Assembly: GCA_963664435.2 (NCBI GenBank)
Contig: CAXXKM010000001.1
Coordinates: forward strand, 1,376,001 to 1,440,000
DNA: 64,000 bases
From: Longimicrobiales bacterium
Lineage (GTDB): Bacteria > Gemmatimonadota > Gemmatimonadetes > Longimicrobiales > Gaopeijiaceae
Direction of reading: 5' to 3'
Positions within the stretch are counted from its first letter, which is position 1, and each line of letters opens with the position of its first letter. The position numbers and the translations under genes were made by a program. Of the stretch, positions 1 through 9,800 are shown in pieces. A model generated the notes under the pieces. It did not search any database. It worked only from the letters and a program-made list of their open reading frames with translations, and was not told the DNA's origin.

Positions 1-1
1 C

Positions 2-250
2 GCCGTCTATGTGCAGATGGGGATGAGCGAGCTGGACGCGCTCCGCAGCGCAACCATCCATGCCGCCGATCTGCTGGACACACCCGACCGGGGCCGCCTG
101 GCCGAGGGAATGCTCGCGGACATCATCGCCGTGCCGGGAAACCCGCTCGACGACATCGAGGTGACGAAGGATGTCCGTTTCGTGATGCAGGGTGGACGGG
201 TGATCAAGCATGTCGTCGTCGGGCGCGACCTGCACTCGATGGGACGGTGA
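2..250 (+). CDS. Amidohydrolase family protein, C-terminal part (5' end outside window)
   Basis: C-terminal signature ALRSATIHAADLL...GRLAEGMLADIIAVPGNPLDDI...VRFVMQGG; frame open to the window edge. Confidence 0.85.
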   Translation, partial: AVYVQMGMSELDALRSATIHAADLLDTPDRGRLAEGMLADIIAVPGNPLDDIEVTKDVRFVMQGGRVIKHVVVGRDLHSMGR

Positions 251-346
251 GGCGGCGGGTGATCGGATCGGGCCGCACCAGCAACCTGGTGGCTGGACGT
301 TCACCCGTGCCGCGATCCGGCATGGACAGCCGGGACCAATAGGCTG

Positions 347-1495
347 ATGGCCTCCCTTCACGATGAGCTGCGCGCGGGCGTCCGGTCGCTCTGCGCCCGC
401 TTCGATAACGACTACTGGCGGGCCTCGGACGAAGCCCGCGCGTACCCGCACGAGTTCGTCGACGCGCTGACGGAGGCGGGCTATCTGGCGTGCCTGATCC
501 CCGAGGAGTACGGCGGGATGGGGCTGGGCATCCGTGAGGCGAGCGTCATTCTGGAGGAGATCAACCGCTCCGGTGCGAACTCCGCCGCCTGCCACGCGCA
601 GATGTACACGATGGGCACGGTGCTCCGGCACGGCTCTGAGGAACAGAAGCGGCGCTACCTCCCCGGCATTGCGTGCGGCGAACTCCGGCTGCAGGCCTTT
701 GCAGTCACCGAGCCGGACGCCGGCTCCGACACCACTCGCATCCGCACGTTCGCCGCGAGGCAGGGGCGCCGGTATGTCGTGACGGGACAGAAGGTCTTCA
801 TCTCGCGCGTGCGACAGTCCGATCTCATGATCCTGCTGGCGCGCACCACGCCGCTGGACGAAGTGGAGAAGCGCACCGGCGGGCTCTCGGTCTTCATCGT
901 GGATCTGCGCGATGTCGGCGACGCGGTCCGGGTGAAGCCCATCGACACCATGATCAACCACGAGAGCTGCGAGGTCTTCTTCGATGGCGTCGAGGTGCCG
1001 GCCGGGAATCGAATCGGAGACGAGGGCCGGGGCTTCCGCTACATCATGTCGGGAATGAACGCGGAGCGCATTCTGCTGGCTTCGGAGTCGGTGGGGGACG
1101 GCCTCTACTTCGTGGAACGGGCATCGGAGTACGCCCGCTCACGGCGCGTTTTCGACCGGCCCATCGGCGCAAACCAGGGCGTGCAGTTCCCGATCGCCGA
1201 CGCCTACATGGACGTGCGCGCGGCGGCCGCGGTCCGGGACCAGGCGGCGCGGGACTTCGACGCCGGCGAGACCCGCGGGGACGGCCCCAACATGGCCAAG
1301 TACCTCGCCTCGCGCGCGGCCTGGAAGGCGGCCAATGCGGCCATGGACGCCTTCGGCGGCTGGGGAATGGCGGCCGAATACGGAATCGAGCGCAAGTTCC
1401 GCGAAGCCCGCCTGTACCTGATCGCCCCGGTCGCGAACAACCTCGTGCTCAGCCATGTGGCGACGCATGTGCTGGGCATGCCGAGATCGTTCTAG
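347..1495 (+). CDS. Acyl-CoA dehydrogenase (type found in itaconate/methylsuccinate clusters)
   Basis: IPEEYGGMG, FAVTEPDAGSD, GQKVFIS, MNAERIL, FGGWG...EYGIERKFREARL. Confidence 0.93.
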   Translation: MASLHDELRAGVRSLCARFDNDYWRASDEARAYPHEFVDALTEAGYLACLIPEEYGGMGLGIREASVILEEINRSGANSAACHAQMYTMGTVLRHGSEEQKRRYLPGIACGELRLQAFAVTEPDAGSDTTRIRTFAARQGRRYVVTGQKVFISRVRQSDLMILLARTTPLDEVEKRTGGLSVFIVDLRDVGDAVRVKPIDTMINHESCEVFFDGVEVPAGNRIGDEGRGFRYIMSGMNAERILLASESVGDGLYFVERASEYARSRRVFDRPIGANQGVQFPIADAYMDVRAAAAVRDQAARDFDAGETRGDGPNMAKYLASRAAWKAANAAMDAFGGWGMAAEYGIERKFREARLYLIAPVANNLVLSHVATHVLGMPRSF

Positions 1496-1507
1496 GAGCC
1501 GTCAACG

Positions 1508-2419
1508 ATGAACGACGGGACGCGTGCAATGGAAGGGGGCGGGGCGGGCGGGCAGTCCCATGCGCGGCTTGGCTGCCGTTCGATCCTGTTCGTTCCCGGA
1601 TACCGTCCGGACCGCTTCGGCAAGGCGATGGCGGCCGGGGCGGACGCCGTGTGCATCGACCTGGAGGACGCGGTGCCTCCGCAGCGGAAGACGATGGCGC
1701 GCGAAGCGGCCGCGCGCTTCCTTGCGGAGCAGCCGACCGGAAGGCTCCGGGAAGAGACCGGCCCACCGCACCTCATCATTCGCATCAACGATCCCGACAC
1801 CGACCTGGGGCGCGCGGACGCGGAAACGCTCGGCGGAACCCGCCAGCCCGACGCGTTCATGATCCCCAAAGTCAGGACCGCCGCCGGGCTGCGCCGCGCG
1901 GCCCGGCTTCTCGGCGATGGCGCGCCGCTGTTCGCCCTCATCGAGACGGCGCTCGGACTCGAAAACGCTGTCGACATCGGGCAGGCGTCACCGGCCGTCG
2001 CCGGGCTGGTCTTCGGCGGCTTCGATCTGGCCATCGAGCTGCGCGCCGACCCCAGCTGGGAGCCGCTTCTGTATGCGCGCTCACGCGTGGTCCACGCCGC
2101 CGCCCTGAGCGGACTCGACGCCATCGACATGCCGTCCCTCGGTTTCCGCGAGATGAGCGGGCTGCGCGAAGAGGCCGGCAGGGTCCGTTGCCTGGGATTC
2201 GCGGGAAAGATGGCCATTCACCCGGCGCAGCTTCCGGTCATCCACGAGGTGTTTACCCCCTCGGAGCTCGAGGTCGAGCGCGCCCGCCGCATTCTCGAAG
2301 CGGACCGGGAGGCGGGTGGCGGAGCGGTCGCTCTGGAGGGCCGCATGGTGGACCGGCCGGTCGCCGAGGTGGCGCGGCGCGTGCTGGCCCGGGCGCGGGC
2401 CGCCACCACCGAGGAGTGA
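1508..2419 (+). CDS. CitE/HpcH-family CoA-ester lyase (citramalyl/citryl/malyl-CoA lyase-like)
   Basis: RSILFVPG, GADAVCIDLEDAV, LIETALG, FGGFDL, GKMAIHPAQ, GRMVDRP. Confidence 0.9.
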   Translation: MNDGTRAMEGGGAGGQSHARLGCRSILFVPGYRPDRFGKAMAAGADAVCIDLEDAVPPQRKTMAREAAARFLAEQPTGRLREETGPPHLIIRINDPDTDLGRADAETLGGTRQPDAFMIPKVRTAAGLRRAARLLGDGAPLFALIETALGLENAVDIGQASPAVAGLVFGGFDLAIELRADPSWEPLLYARSRVVHAAALSGLDAIDMPSLGFREMSGLREEAGRVRCLGFAGKMAIHPAQLPVIHEVFTPSELEVERARRILEADREAGGGAVALEGRMVDRPVAEVARRVLARARAATTEE

Positions 2420-3348
2420 TTCCAGTGCATGAATCGACGGCCCGGCCGGGAGACGAGACGCGCACCCGGGTCCACATCGACGCTCTGACGCCCTGGCCTG
2501 CGCAGGCCATGCTGGGTCTCCTCGACCGGGACCCTCGGGCCATCGCTGAGGGCGACCCGCTCCCCCTGGGGTGGCACTGGCTCTATTTCAAGCGGCCCTG
2601 CCGCTCATCCCGCCTGGCGCGGGACGGACACGAGGTACGGGGGGACTTCATGCCCGACGTCGACCTGTCCCGGCGCATGTGGGCGGGCGGGACACTCCGG
2701 TCTCTCCGGCCGGCCTTGCTCGGCGAGCCGGCGGAACTCAGGTCGGAGATCGTGAGCGTCACCGAGAAGCGCGGGAAGAGCGGCCGCCTCGTGTTCGTGA
2801 TCGCGGGGCACACGGTGCTGCAGAAGAACCGCCGGTGCGTGGAAGAGGAACAGGTGATCGTCTACCGGGAGTCCGTGCGTGGTTTGGCCGTGTCGCCGAG
2901 CCGCACCACGGCCCCTCCGTCCGGCGAACTCCCCGGCAACCCCGGCCAAGGCCCCGGAAGCGGCGGTGCCGACAGCTCCGCTCCGGAATGGACCGAAACC
3001 TTCCCCCCCACGACGGTCAATCTCTTCCAGTTCTCGGCACTCACCTACAACAGTCACCGCATCCACTACGACCATTCCTACGCCACGCAGCAGGAAGGTT
3101 ATCCCGGGCTCCTGGTGCACGGGCCGCTTACCGCACTTCTCCTCCTGGACGCCGCCCAGCGTCACGCACCCGCTCCGGTGTCGTCCTTCCGCTACCGCGC
3201 GCTGACACCGCTCTTCGTGGATCAGCCGATCACGCTTGTGGGCCAGGCGGCTCCTGCCCCGACGGACGGATCCGATCCACCGCGGGAACGCATCGTGGAG
3301 GCACTCGCCCCGTCCGGCACGGTCGCGATGCGAGCGCGGGTGACCTGA
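2416..3348 (+). CDS. Double hot-dog MaoC-type hydratase (itaconyl/mesaconyl-CoA hydratase, HTD2-like)
   Basis: 3' part of ORF 673-3348; GTG at 2416 overlaps upstream TGA; LPLGWHWLYF, RRMWAGG, FQFSALTYNSHRIHYD, GYPGLLVHGPL. Confidence 0.88.
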   Translation: MIPVHESTARPGDETRTRVHIDALTPWPAQAMLGLLDRDPRAIAEGDPLPLGWHWLYFKRPCRSSRLARDGHEVRGDFMPDVDLSRRMWAGGTLRSLRPALLGEPAELRSEIVSVTEKRGKSGRLVFVIAGHTVLQKNRRCVEEEQVIVYRESVRGLAVSPSRTTAPPSGELPGNPGQGPGSGGADSSAPEWTETFPPTTVNLFQFSALTYNSHRIHYDHSYATQQEGYPGLLVHGPLTALLLLDAAQRHAPAPVSSFRYRALTPLFVDQPITLVGQAAPAPTDGSDPPRERIVEALAPSGTVAMRARVT

Positions 3349-3453
3349 ATAGGCATCGTACAGGCGCTCACTCCGCCCGGCGCCGTCGCGATGAGAGAGC
3401 AGGTGATCTGAAAGGCGCGCACCGGCTGCCCGCCCCCCGTCCTTTCCGCTACC

Positions 3454-3851
3454 TCACCCTTCCCGGGCCATCCCCACCTGAACGATCCGGGGCCGATCCA
3501 CCCCCGCGACCCCGACATACTGGAAGACCGCCGCATCCACGTCACGGGCCGGGGCTCCTGGACGACGACCGACTCGGTGCCCAGCAGGAGCGCGGCAAAG
3601 GGAGCCGCCTGACTCGCGGCGGCAGGATCGACCGGAAAGGTGAACTCCAGGTCGCCGCTCCCGAACACAATCCGCCCGTGCTCATCGGTGATCCAGATCT
3701 CGGAAACCCCCGAATCGCACGCGACCTGCGCGAGCGCGCCGTCGATCTCCTCCTTTCCCATCCCTGATCGCAAAGCGGCGTCGAGGTAGCGCGCCGCGAG
3801 CATCGCGGCTGCCACCATCGCCCTTTCCTGAACTGTGTGGCCTTCAGCCAT
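3454..3851 (-). pseudogene. Small standalone Cache-like sensor-domain protein with a 1-bp frameshift near 3547
   Basis: EIWITDEHGRIVF...QAAPFAALL in one frame; the expected continuation RDVDAAVFQYVGVAGVDRPRIVQVG...TGA(3454) is in another frame; one extra C in CCC at 3546-3548 restores it. Confidence 0.65.
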
Positions 3852-3963
3852 GGATCGATCTCCAGTACTGAGCGGTTGAGCGAGCAAGGTGAGCATCTGC
3901 TGAAACAGGTGTGCTACCTTCCCATTGTCCAGCGCCAACGCTTGCGCTGCAACTGGAACGGAT

Positions 3964-3976
3964 ATCTATTATAGAT
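3964..3976. promoter_or_regulatory. Palindromic operator upstream of mazEF
   Basis: ATCTAT-T-ATAGAT in an AT-rich patch 21 bp before the mazE ATG. Confidence 0.6.
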
Positions 3977-3997
3977 CCCTACCGCAAGGAGACGACC

Positions 3998-4237
3998 ATG
4001 GGTGCCCAATCGCACATCGGCAAGTGGGGTAGCAGCCTGGCCATTCGCATTCCCAAGCCCGTCGCCGAGCAATGGGGCATCCGCGAAGGTTCGAGAATCG
4101 AGATGGTGCCCCGTGGCGATCAACTCGTGATGAGCAAGCGAGCATATGATCTGACCGAGATGCTGTCCCGAATGTCGCCGGAGACGCTTCACGGCGAGAT
4201 CGACACCGGACCTGCCCAGGGTAGGGAGGAGTGGTAG
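3998..4237 (+). CDS. mazE: AbrB/MazE-family antitoxin
   Basis: KWGSSLAIRIPK, YDLTEMLS, HGEIDTGPAQGREEW; AAGGAG RBS before ATG 3998. Confidence 0.93.
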   Translation: MGAQSHIGKWGSSLAIRIPKPVAEQWGIREGSRIEMVPRGDQLVMSKRAYDLTEMLSRMSPETLHGEIDTGPAQGREEW

Positions 4238-4578
4238 ACGGTCCACATCTGCCGGATACCGGGGACATCGTCTGGCTCGCATTCACCCCTCAGGCTGGTC
4301 ATGAACAGGCCGGGCACCGCCCCGCGCTGGTTCTCAGCCCCCGGGACTACAACAGCAAGAGCGGTCTGGCGCTCTTTTGCCCGATTACATCCAACAGGAA
4401 GGGCTATCCGTTCGAAGTAGCGCTACCGGCGGCGGGCAGCGTCACCGGCGTGGTCCTGGCAGACCAGATCAAGAGCCTGGACTGGCGAGCCAGACGAGCC
4501 CGATTCGCGTGCAAGGCCCCACCCATGACCGTCAGCGAAGTGCTGGCCATGCTCTCTACTCTTCTTGGCCACTCGTGA
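4231..4578 (+). CDS. mazF: MazF/PemK endoribonuclease toxin
   Basis: GDIVWLAFTPQAGHEQAGHRPALVLSP, CPITS, KGYPFEV, LADQIKSLDWRAR; overlaps mazE stop. Confidence 0.95.
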   Translation: MVDGPHLPDTGDIVWLAFTPQAGHEQAGHRPALVLSPRDYNSKSGLALFCPITSNRKGYPFEVALPAAGSVTGVVLADQIKSLDWRARRARFACKAPPMTVSEVLAMLSTLLGHS

Positions 4579-4605
4579 GCCATGACCGGCTTCCTTGACC
4601 GGAAG

Positions 4606-4773
4606 CTAACAGACGGTCTCTACCAGCCCCGACTCCCGAATGCGACGATCGTGCGTCAGCCGCGTCGCCCCCAACGTCCGTGCGGTCGCCACGAGAATGC
4701 GATCCGTGGGATCTCTGTGAAAGGAATCCGGATCGTCCCAGGTGCGGGTTCGCTGGGCAACGGAAGGTCTCCC
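4606..4773 (-). pseudogene. C-terminal remnant of a VapC PIN toxin
   Basis: Minus-strand translation PDSFHRDPTDRILVATARTLGATRLTHDRRIRESGLVETVC* (4731-4606); no start codon; resembles the end of the intact VapC at 42873. Confidence 0.8.
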
Positions 4774-4774
4774 A

Positions 4775-6115
4775 TCACTGCAGCCCGATCCCCAGCGCCA
4801 CCCAGATGGCGACCATGCCGATCGCCACCAACCCGAGGTAGAGCGGGAACGTGTAGCGGATCCAGTCCTCGTAGCGGACCTTGGCGGACGCCAGGATCGC
4901 CATGAGGGCGCCGTTGGTGGGCGTCAGCAGCTCGCACAGCCCGGCGCCGTACTGGTACGCCAGCACGGTCACCTGGCGCGACATGCCGAGCAGGTCGGAG
5001 AGGGGCACCAGTACCGGCATGGTCAGCACCGCCTGTCCGCTCACGCTGGGGACGGGCACATGGATCGCCGCCTGGGCCGCCACCATTCCGAAGGCGGACG
5101 CCAGCACCGGCAGCCCCTCCAGGGGCGTGAACAGCCCGTGCACGATGGTATCCACCACTCGGCCGTCCTGGAGCACGACGTAGATCGCGCGCGCGATCCC
5201 GATCAGCAGGGCGGCGAAGGTCATCTCGCGGAAGCCGCGCAGGTAGGCCTCGGTCGTACCGCCCACACGCAGTCCGGCCAGCAGGCCCACGATCACCCCC
5301 ATGATGAAGAAGGCGGCGGAGAGTTCGTTGAACCCCCAGCCCCACTGCGTCATCCCGACCACAGCCAGGACGAACGCCGCTCCCACCAGGCCCAGGATCC
5401 CCCAGTCGGACGGACGCATGCCCTCGGCCCCTTCTTCCGTCACGGCCTCCGCGGGCCCCCGCGTGCGGTGTGCATAGCGCATCGTCATCCCGATCCAGAA
5501 GGTCAGCGCGAGCAGCAGGAACACGATCCGGAACACCGCGCCCGACGCCAGCGGCAGTTCGGCGAGCCGTTGCGCGATCGCCACCTGGAAGGGATTGATG
5601 GGGCTGAAGGCGGAGCCCACGAACGCCGCGCCCGCGCTCATCGCCACCGCCACCATCGCGTTGAAGCCGATCCTGCGGGTGAGGATCAGCAGCACGGGGA
5701 TCAGCGGGATGATCTCCTCCTGCAGGTTCTGGACGACACCCCCGATGGCGAAGGGAACGGCCACCACCGGGATGATGAGCAGATCCCGCCCCCGCAGCGC
5801 CCGGGTCAGCGAGGTCACGCCCCGCCGGAGCGCGCCGGTCGCGTCCACGACCGTGAAGGCGCCCCCGATCAGGAAGACCAGGAAGATGATTTCGGCCGCG
5901 TCCGCCATCCCGCGCGGCAGCGCGACCATGGCGTCGAAGAGGTTGACCGGATTGGGCTCGACCTCCTGGTAGGTGCCCGCGACCACCACGACGCGCCCGG
6001 TGGCCTCGTCGTCGCGGCGCTCGTACTCGCCGGCGGGGAGCACGTAGCTGGCGGCGGCGGCGAGAATCACGCCGGCCGTCAGCAGGACCAGGGGATGGGG
6101 GACGCGAAGCTTCAT
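4775..6115 (-). CDS. YfcC/DcuC-like ion transporter superfamily permease
   Basis: PHPLVLL, YVLPAGEYER, FSPINPFQVAIAQRLAELP, VPSVSGQAVLTMP, LAYQYGAG; many TM segments. Confidence 0.9.
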   Translation of the reverse strand: MKLRVPHPLVLLTAGVILAAAASYVLPAGEYERRDDEATGRVVVVAGTYQEVEPNPVNLFDAMVALPRGMADAAEIIFLVFLIGGAFTVVDATGALRRGVTSLTRALRGRDLLIIPVVAVPFAIGGVVQNLQEEIIPLIPVLLILTRRIGFNAMVAVAMSAGAAFVGSAFSPINPFQVAIAQRLAELPLASGAVFRIVFLLLALTFWIGMTMRYAHRTRGPAEAVTEEGAEGMRPSDWGILGLVGAAFVLAVVGMTQWGWGFNELSAAFFIMGVIVGLLAGLRVGGTTEAYLRGFREMTFAALLIGIARAIYVVLQDGRVVDTIVHGLFTPLEGLPVLASAFGMVAAQAAIHVPVPSVSGQAVLTMPVLVPLSDLLGMSRQVTVLAYQYGAGLCELLTPTNGALMAILASAKVRYEDWIRYTFPLYLGLVAIGMVAIWVALGIGLQ

Positions 6116-6118
6116 CGC

Positions 6119-6838
6119 CTACCTCCTCTCCATCCACTGCACGAGCGCGTCCTGCCCGACGATCAACACATGCCCCTGCCCCGGAAGAATGTCGAGCGTG
6201 ACGTCCGCTCCCGCTCCCTCCAGGCGCTCCGCCGTGGTCTCCGACCCTTCGACCCAGCGGGCGTCGCCCTCGCCCACCATCATCCAGACGGGCGTCCCGG
6301 CCAGCGGCTCCAGCGACCCCTCACCCGCGTAGCGGCCCGGCATCGCGATGATGCCTCCGACCCGATCCGGCACCGCGAGCGCCGCGTGGAAGACCCCGAT
6401 CCCGCCCGCGGACGCACCCGTCATCACGATGTCGCCCGACGCACCGGCGAAGTTCTCGTCGATCCAACTCATGACGGTGGACATGACGGCCGCAGCGTCC
6501 TCGTCCAGGTCCGGACCGTAGGTCTCCACCCCGACGACCGCGTACCCCGCCGCCGGCGCGGCCTGGTCCCAGTAGGAGTCGATCAGCCCCAGCAGGAGGC
6601 TCGCGTCCCCCGCCCCCCACGGGAACGCCACGACGACGCCCCTGGGAGTGGCCTCCGGACGCACGACCGCAATGCTCACGGTGGACCCCGACTCCATCGG
6701 CAGCCGGATCCACTCCGGGACCTGCGGCAGGTCGGGTCCGACGCCACTGTCGGCCGCGCAGGCGAGCGCGAGCGTGACGAAGGAGGCCGCGAGCGCGCCG
6801 GCGGGGGGCACCGTCCGGGACTGCGCCGCCCCGCTCAT
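6119..6838 (-). CDS. Exported alpha/beta hydrolase (esterase-like, probable lipoprotein)
   Basis: GASAGG nucleophile elbow, GEGD, GQGH; LALAC lipobox-like; ATG overlaps upstream TGA. Confidence 0.75.
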   Translation of the reverse strand: MSGAAQSRTVPPAGALAASFVTLALACAADSGVGPDLPQVPEWIRLPMESGSTVSIAVVRPEATPRGVVVAFPWGAGDASLLLGLIDSYWDQAAPAAGYAVVGVETYGPDLDEDAAAVMSTVMSWIDENFAGASGDIVMTGASAGGIGVFHAALAVPDRVGGIIAMPGRYAGEGSLEPLAGTPVWMMVGEGDARWVEGSETTAERLEGAGADVTLDILPGQGHVLIVGQDALVQWMERR

Positions 6839-9800
6839 CGGCTCCCCCGGTCCCAGAAGTCGACGGGCCGGTTGTCCATGCGCCAGGCATCCGGATCGAC
6901 CCACCAGTGCTCCCCAAAGGCCTCATCGCTCGGCCACACCTCGTCGAGGCTGAGGGCGTCCCGCACGATGCCGCCCTGCACCACGTACATGATGTCGGTG
7001 GTGTTGCGGATGTCGTCGAGCGGGTTCGAGTTGAGCACCAGCAGATCCGCGAGCTTGCCCTCCTCGATCGAGCCGATGTCCTCCTCGGCGCCCAGGAACA
7101 CCGCGCCGTGCAGGCTCGCGACTTCGAGCGCGGTCATCGGATCCGTGGCCGACTCCACCATCCAGATCTCCCAGTGCGAGCCGATGCCGTGGGCCTGCCC
7201 GTGCGACCCGATCGCACCCCAGCCGCCCGCTTCGATCACGTCCATCATCCCCAGGGCGATGAGGGGGAAGCTGTAGTCGGTGTCCGGACGCTCCCAGCGC
7301 CGGCGCATGTGGGGGATGACCTGGCGCCAGGGCAGCCATTCGCGCTGCTTGGGGTCGAGCCAGACCTCGCTCTCGGCGAAGAAGAACTCCTCGTTCCAGG
7401 GCCCGATTCCGCCCACGATGAAGGTGGGCGAGTAGGTCGCGCCGGTCTCCCCCAGGAAGCGGCTCAGGTCGCGGTACATGGGCAGGTAGGTCATCGGGTG
7501 CTCGAACGCGGTCTGGCCGTCCATGATCATGCCGATGGTGTAGGGCGTGTCGTTGTTCTCCGAGGTCACCATCAGCCCCTTCCGGCGGGCGATGTCCGAC
7601 ACCCACTGGCGCTGGTCGCGGCGCGGCTGCAGGTACTGCTTGAGGGCGGTCGCGCCCCACGACGCCAGCCGGTTGATGTTCTGCTCGGCGACCTCGTAGC
7701 TGGTCAGGTCGTTCTGGCGGGCGGCGTCGCCGCGGTAGAGGGGGTCGCCGGTGGAATACGTGCGGGGGCCCACCACCTCGCCGGCGCGGATGAGCTCGGC
7801 GCTGGCGAAGACGTTCTGCGACCACATCGAGTTGTCGAGGTTGGTCGTGACCCCGTAGGCGAGATAGATGGCCGACTCGAAGTCGCGCCTGGGGATGAGC
7901 CCCTTGTGCTCGCGGTAGTGGTGGGCGTGCATGTCGATGAAGCCGGGGACGATGGTCTTGCCGGTCATGTCCAAGGTGCGATCGGCCCCGGAGGCGTCGC
8001 ACGCTCCCACGCAGGTAATGCGGCTGCCGTTGACGAGCACCGTGCCGCTTTCGTGCACCGCCCGGTCGTCGAGCGTGACGATGCGCGCGTTGGTGAGCGC
8101 GAGCGTGCCCGAGGGGATGCGCCGGTCGACGCTGAGGCGGATAGCCATGGTGTCGGTGGCGCCGGCGGCCGCGTCGTGGACGAAGAAGCTCTGGCCGCTG
8201 CCGAATTCGATCCGGTCGTTGTCGAGCCAGCGCGGGAAGAGGCCGCCCTCGGTTGTCAGCTGCGTGACCGGGACGGGTGCGCCGGACTTCTCGAGCGCCA
8301 CCGGTCCGCCGCCCACGCCGCCCGGCGGCAGCGGGGCCCAGAAGACGTTGTCGCCCTCCTGGAAGGCCACCCGGTCGCCGTCGGGCGAGATGACGAACTC
8401 GTCGCCGTAGGGGATGGTGGCGTGCACCCGCGGGTCGGAGCCGTCGGGCGCGACCGACATGAGAGCGGTGACGTTGTCGCCGTCGTCCGCCTCGTGTCCC
8501 GCGGGGAAATGGATGCGCCCCTCGGGCCCGAACGAAGCGCGCGTGATCTGGCGCCGGTTTCCGAGCAGCCCGCCGGCGCCGCTGGGGATGGTCGTGATCC
8601 GCGCCTGCGCGCCGCCCGCCGCGGGAACGCGCCAGAGCTCCCAGTACGGGTTCTGGGTCGCGGACCGGGCCCGGGAGGCCGCCCCGCTCCCCCGGGTCAC
8701 CACGACCTCGGAGCCGTCGGGCGACCACACCGGGTGGACGTACTCGGAGGGTGACGTGGTCAACTGCTCGGGGGCGCCGCCGCCGGAGGGGATCTTCCAG
8801 ACATGGCCGCCCTCTCCCCCTTCCCAGGTGGTGTAGGCGACCCAGCGGCCGTCGGGCGACCAGGCGGGCGAATACTCGAACGGTCCGTCCCCGGGGGTGA
8901 GGCGGGTGGGGGCGCCCCCGCCGGCCGGCGCGGTCCAGATCCGCCCCACGGCCTGGAAGGCGACGCGCGCGCCATCCGGCGAGAGGGCGTACCAGCGAAG
9001 CATCTTCGCATCGAAAGGCCCATCGTCGATGCGGAAATCGGCGCGCGTCATCTCCGAAACGGTGCGCTGCACGCGGGCCGAGAAGGGGACGGTGGTCACT
9101 TCCCCGCTGGCCACATCCAGCCTGCGGATTCTGCCTCCCTGGGTGAGGACGATGCCGGAGCCGTCGGCCGTCCAGCCATAGCCCGGCAGGATGCGGAGCG
9201 TCTTGATGCCCTCCGCGTTATCGACCGTGATCGGGTCCATCGCGACATGCTCGCGTCCCGTCTCCAGATCCCGGATCCAGAGGGCGGTGCGGGGTCCGAA
9301 GGCGTGCCCGCGGTAGGAGATCGTGCCCCCGGCGATCCGCCGCGCGAAAGCCAGGTAACGGCCGTCGGGCGAGATCTCGGCGGCGTAGGCGCTCCCGCTC
9401 GACGCGCGCACCTGCTGGGCCGCGGTGCCGCTTGTGATGTTGACGATCTCCCCGCTCGCCAGGTCCTTGCGCCGCACCTGCCAGTGGCCCGCGAGCGCGT
9501 CGCGGCCCTGGAGCCCGGGCGGTCCCGTATACACGTGGAAGTAGAGGTGGCGGCCGTCCCTCGAGGCCGACGGCCAGGCTGCCGAGGGCTGGTCGTCGAC
9601 GACCTGAATGCCCTCGCCGCCGTCCCGATGGTACATCCAGATGCCCCCGCCACCCCCGCCCGGCGCCGTGTTCTGCCGGCGCACGAAGATGTAGTTGCCG
9701 TCCGCCGACCACGCGGGTTCAACCGCCCGGATGGCGCCGTCGAGAAACACCGACCGCGGATTGGACCCGTCCGCGTCCATCACCCACAGGTTGTTCTGCC

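Noticed and set aside
251..325. Nested inverted repeats in the first intergenic region as an ncRNA
   Set aside because: No recognisable family motif; explained by high GC or a simple stabilising hairpin
673..2415. 891-aa ORF as one large protein
   Set aside because: The upstream part is an Arg/Gly-rich off-frame shadow of two real genes; only 2416-3348 has family motifs
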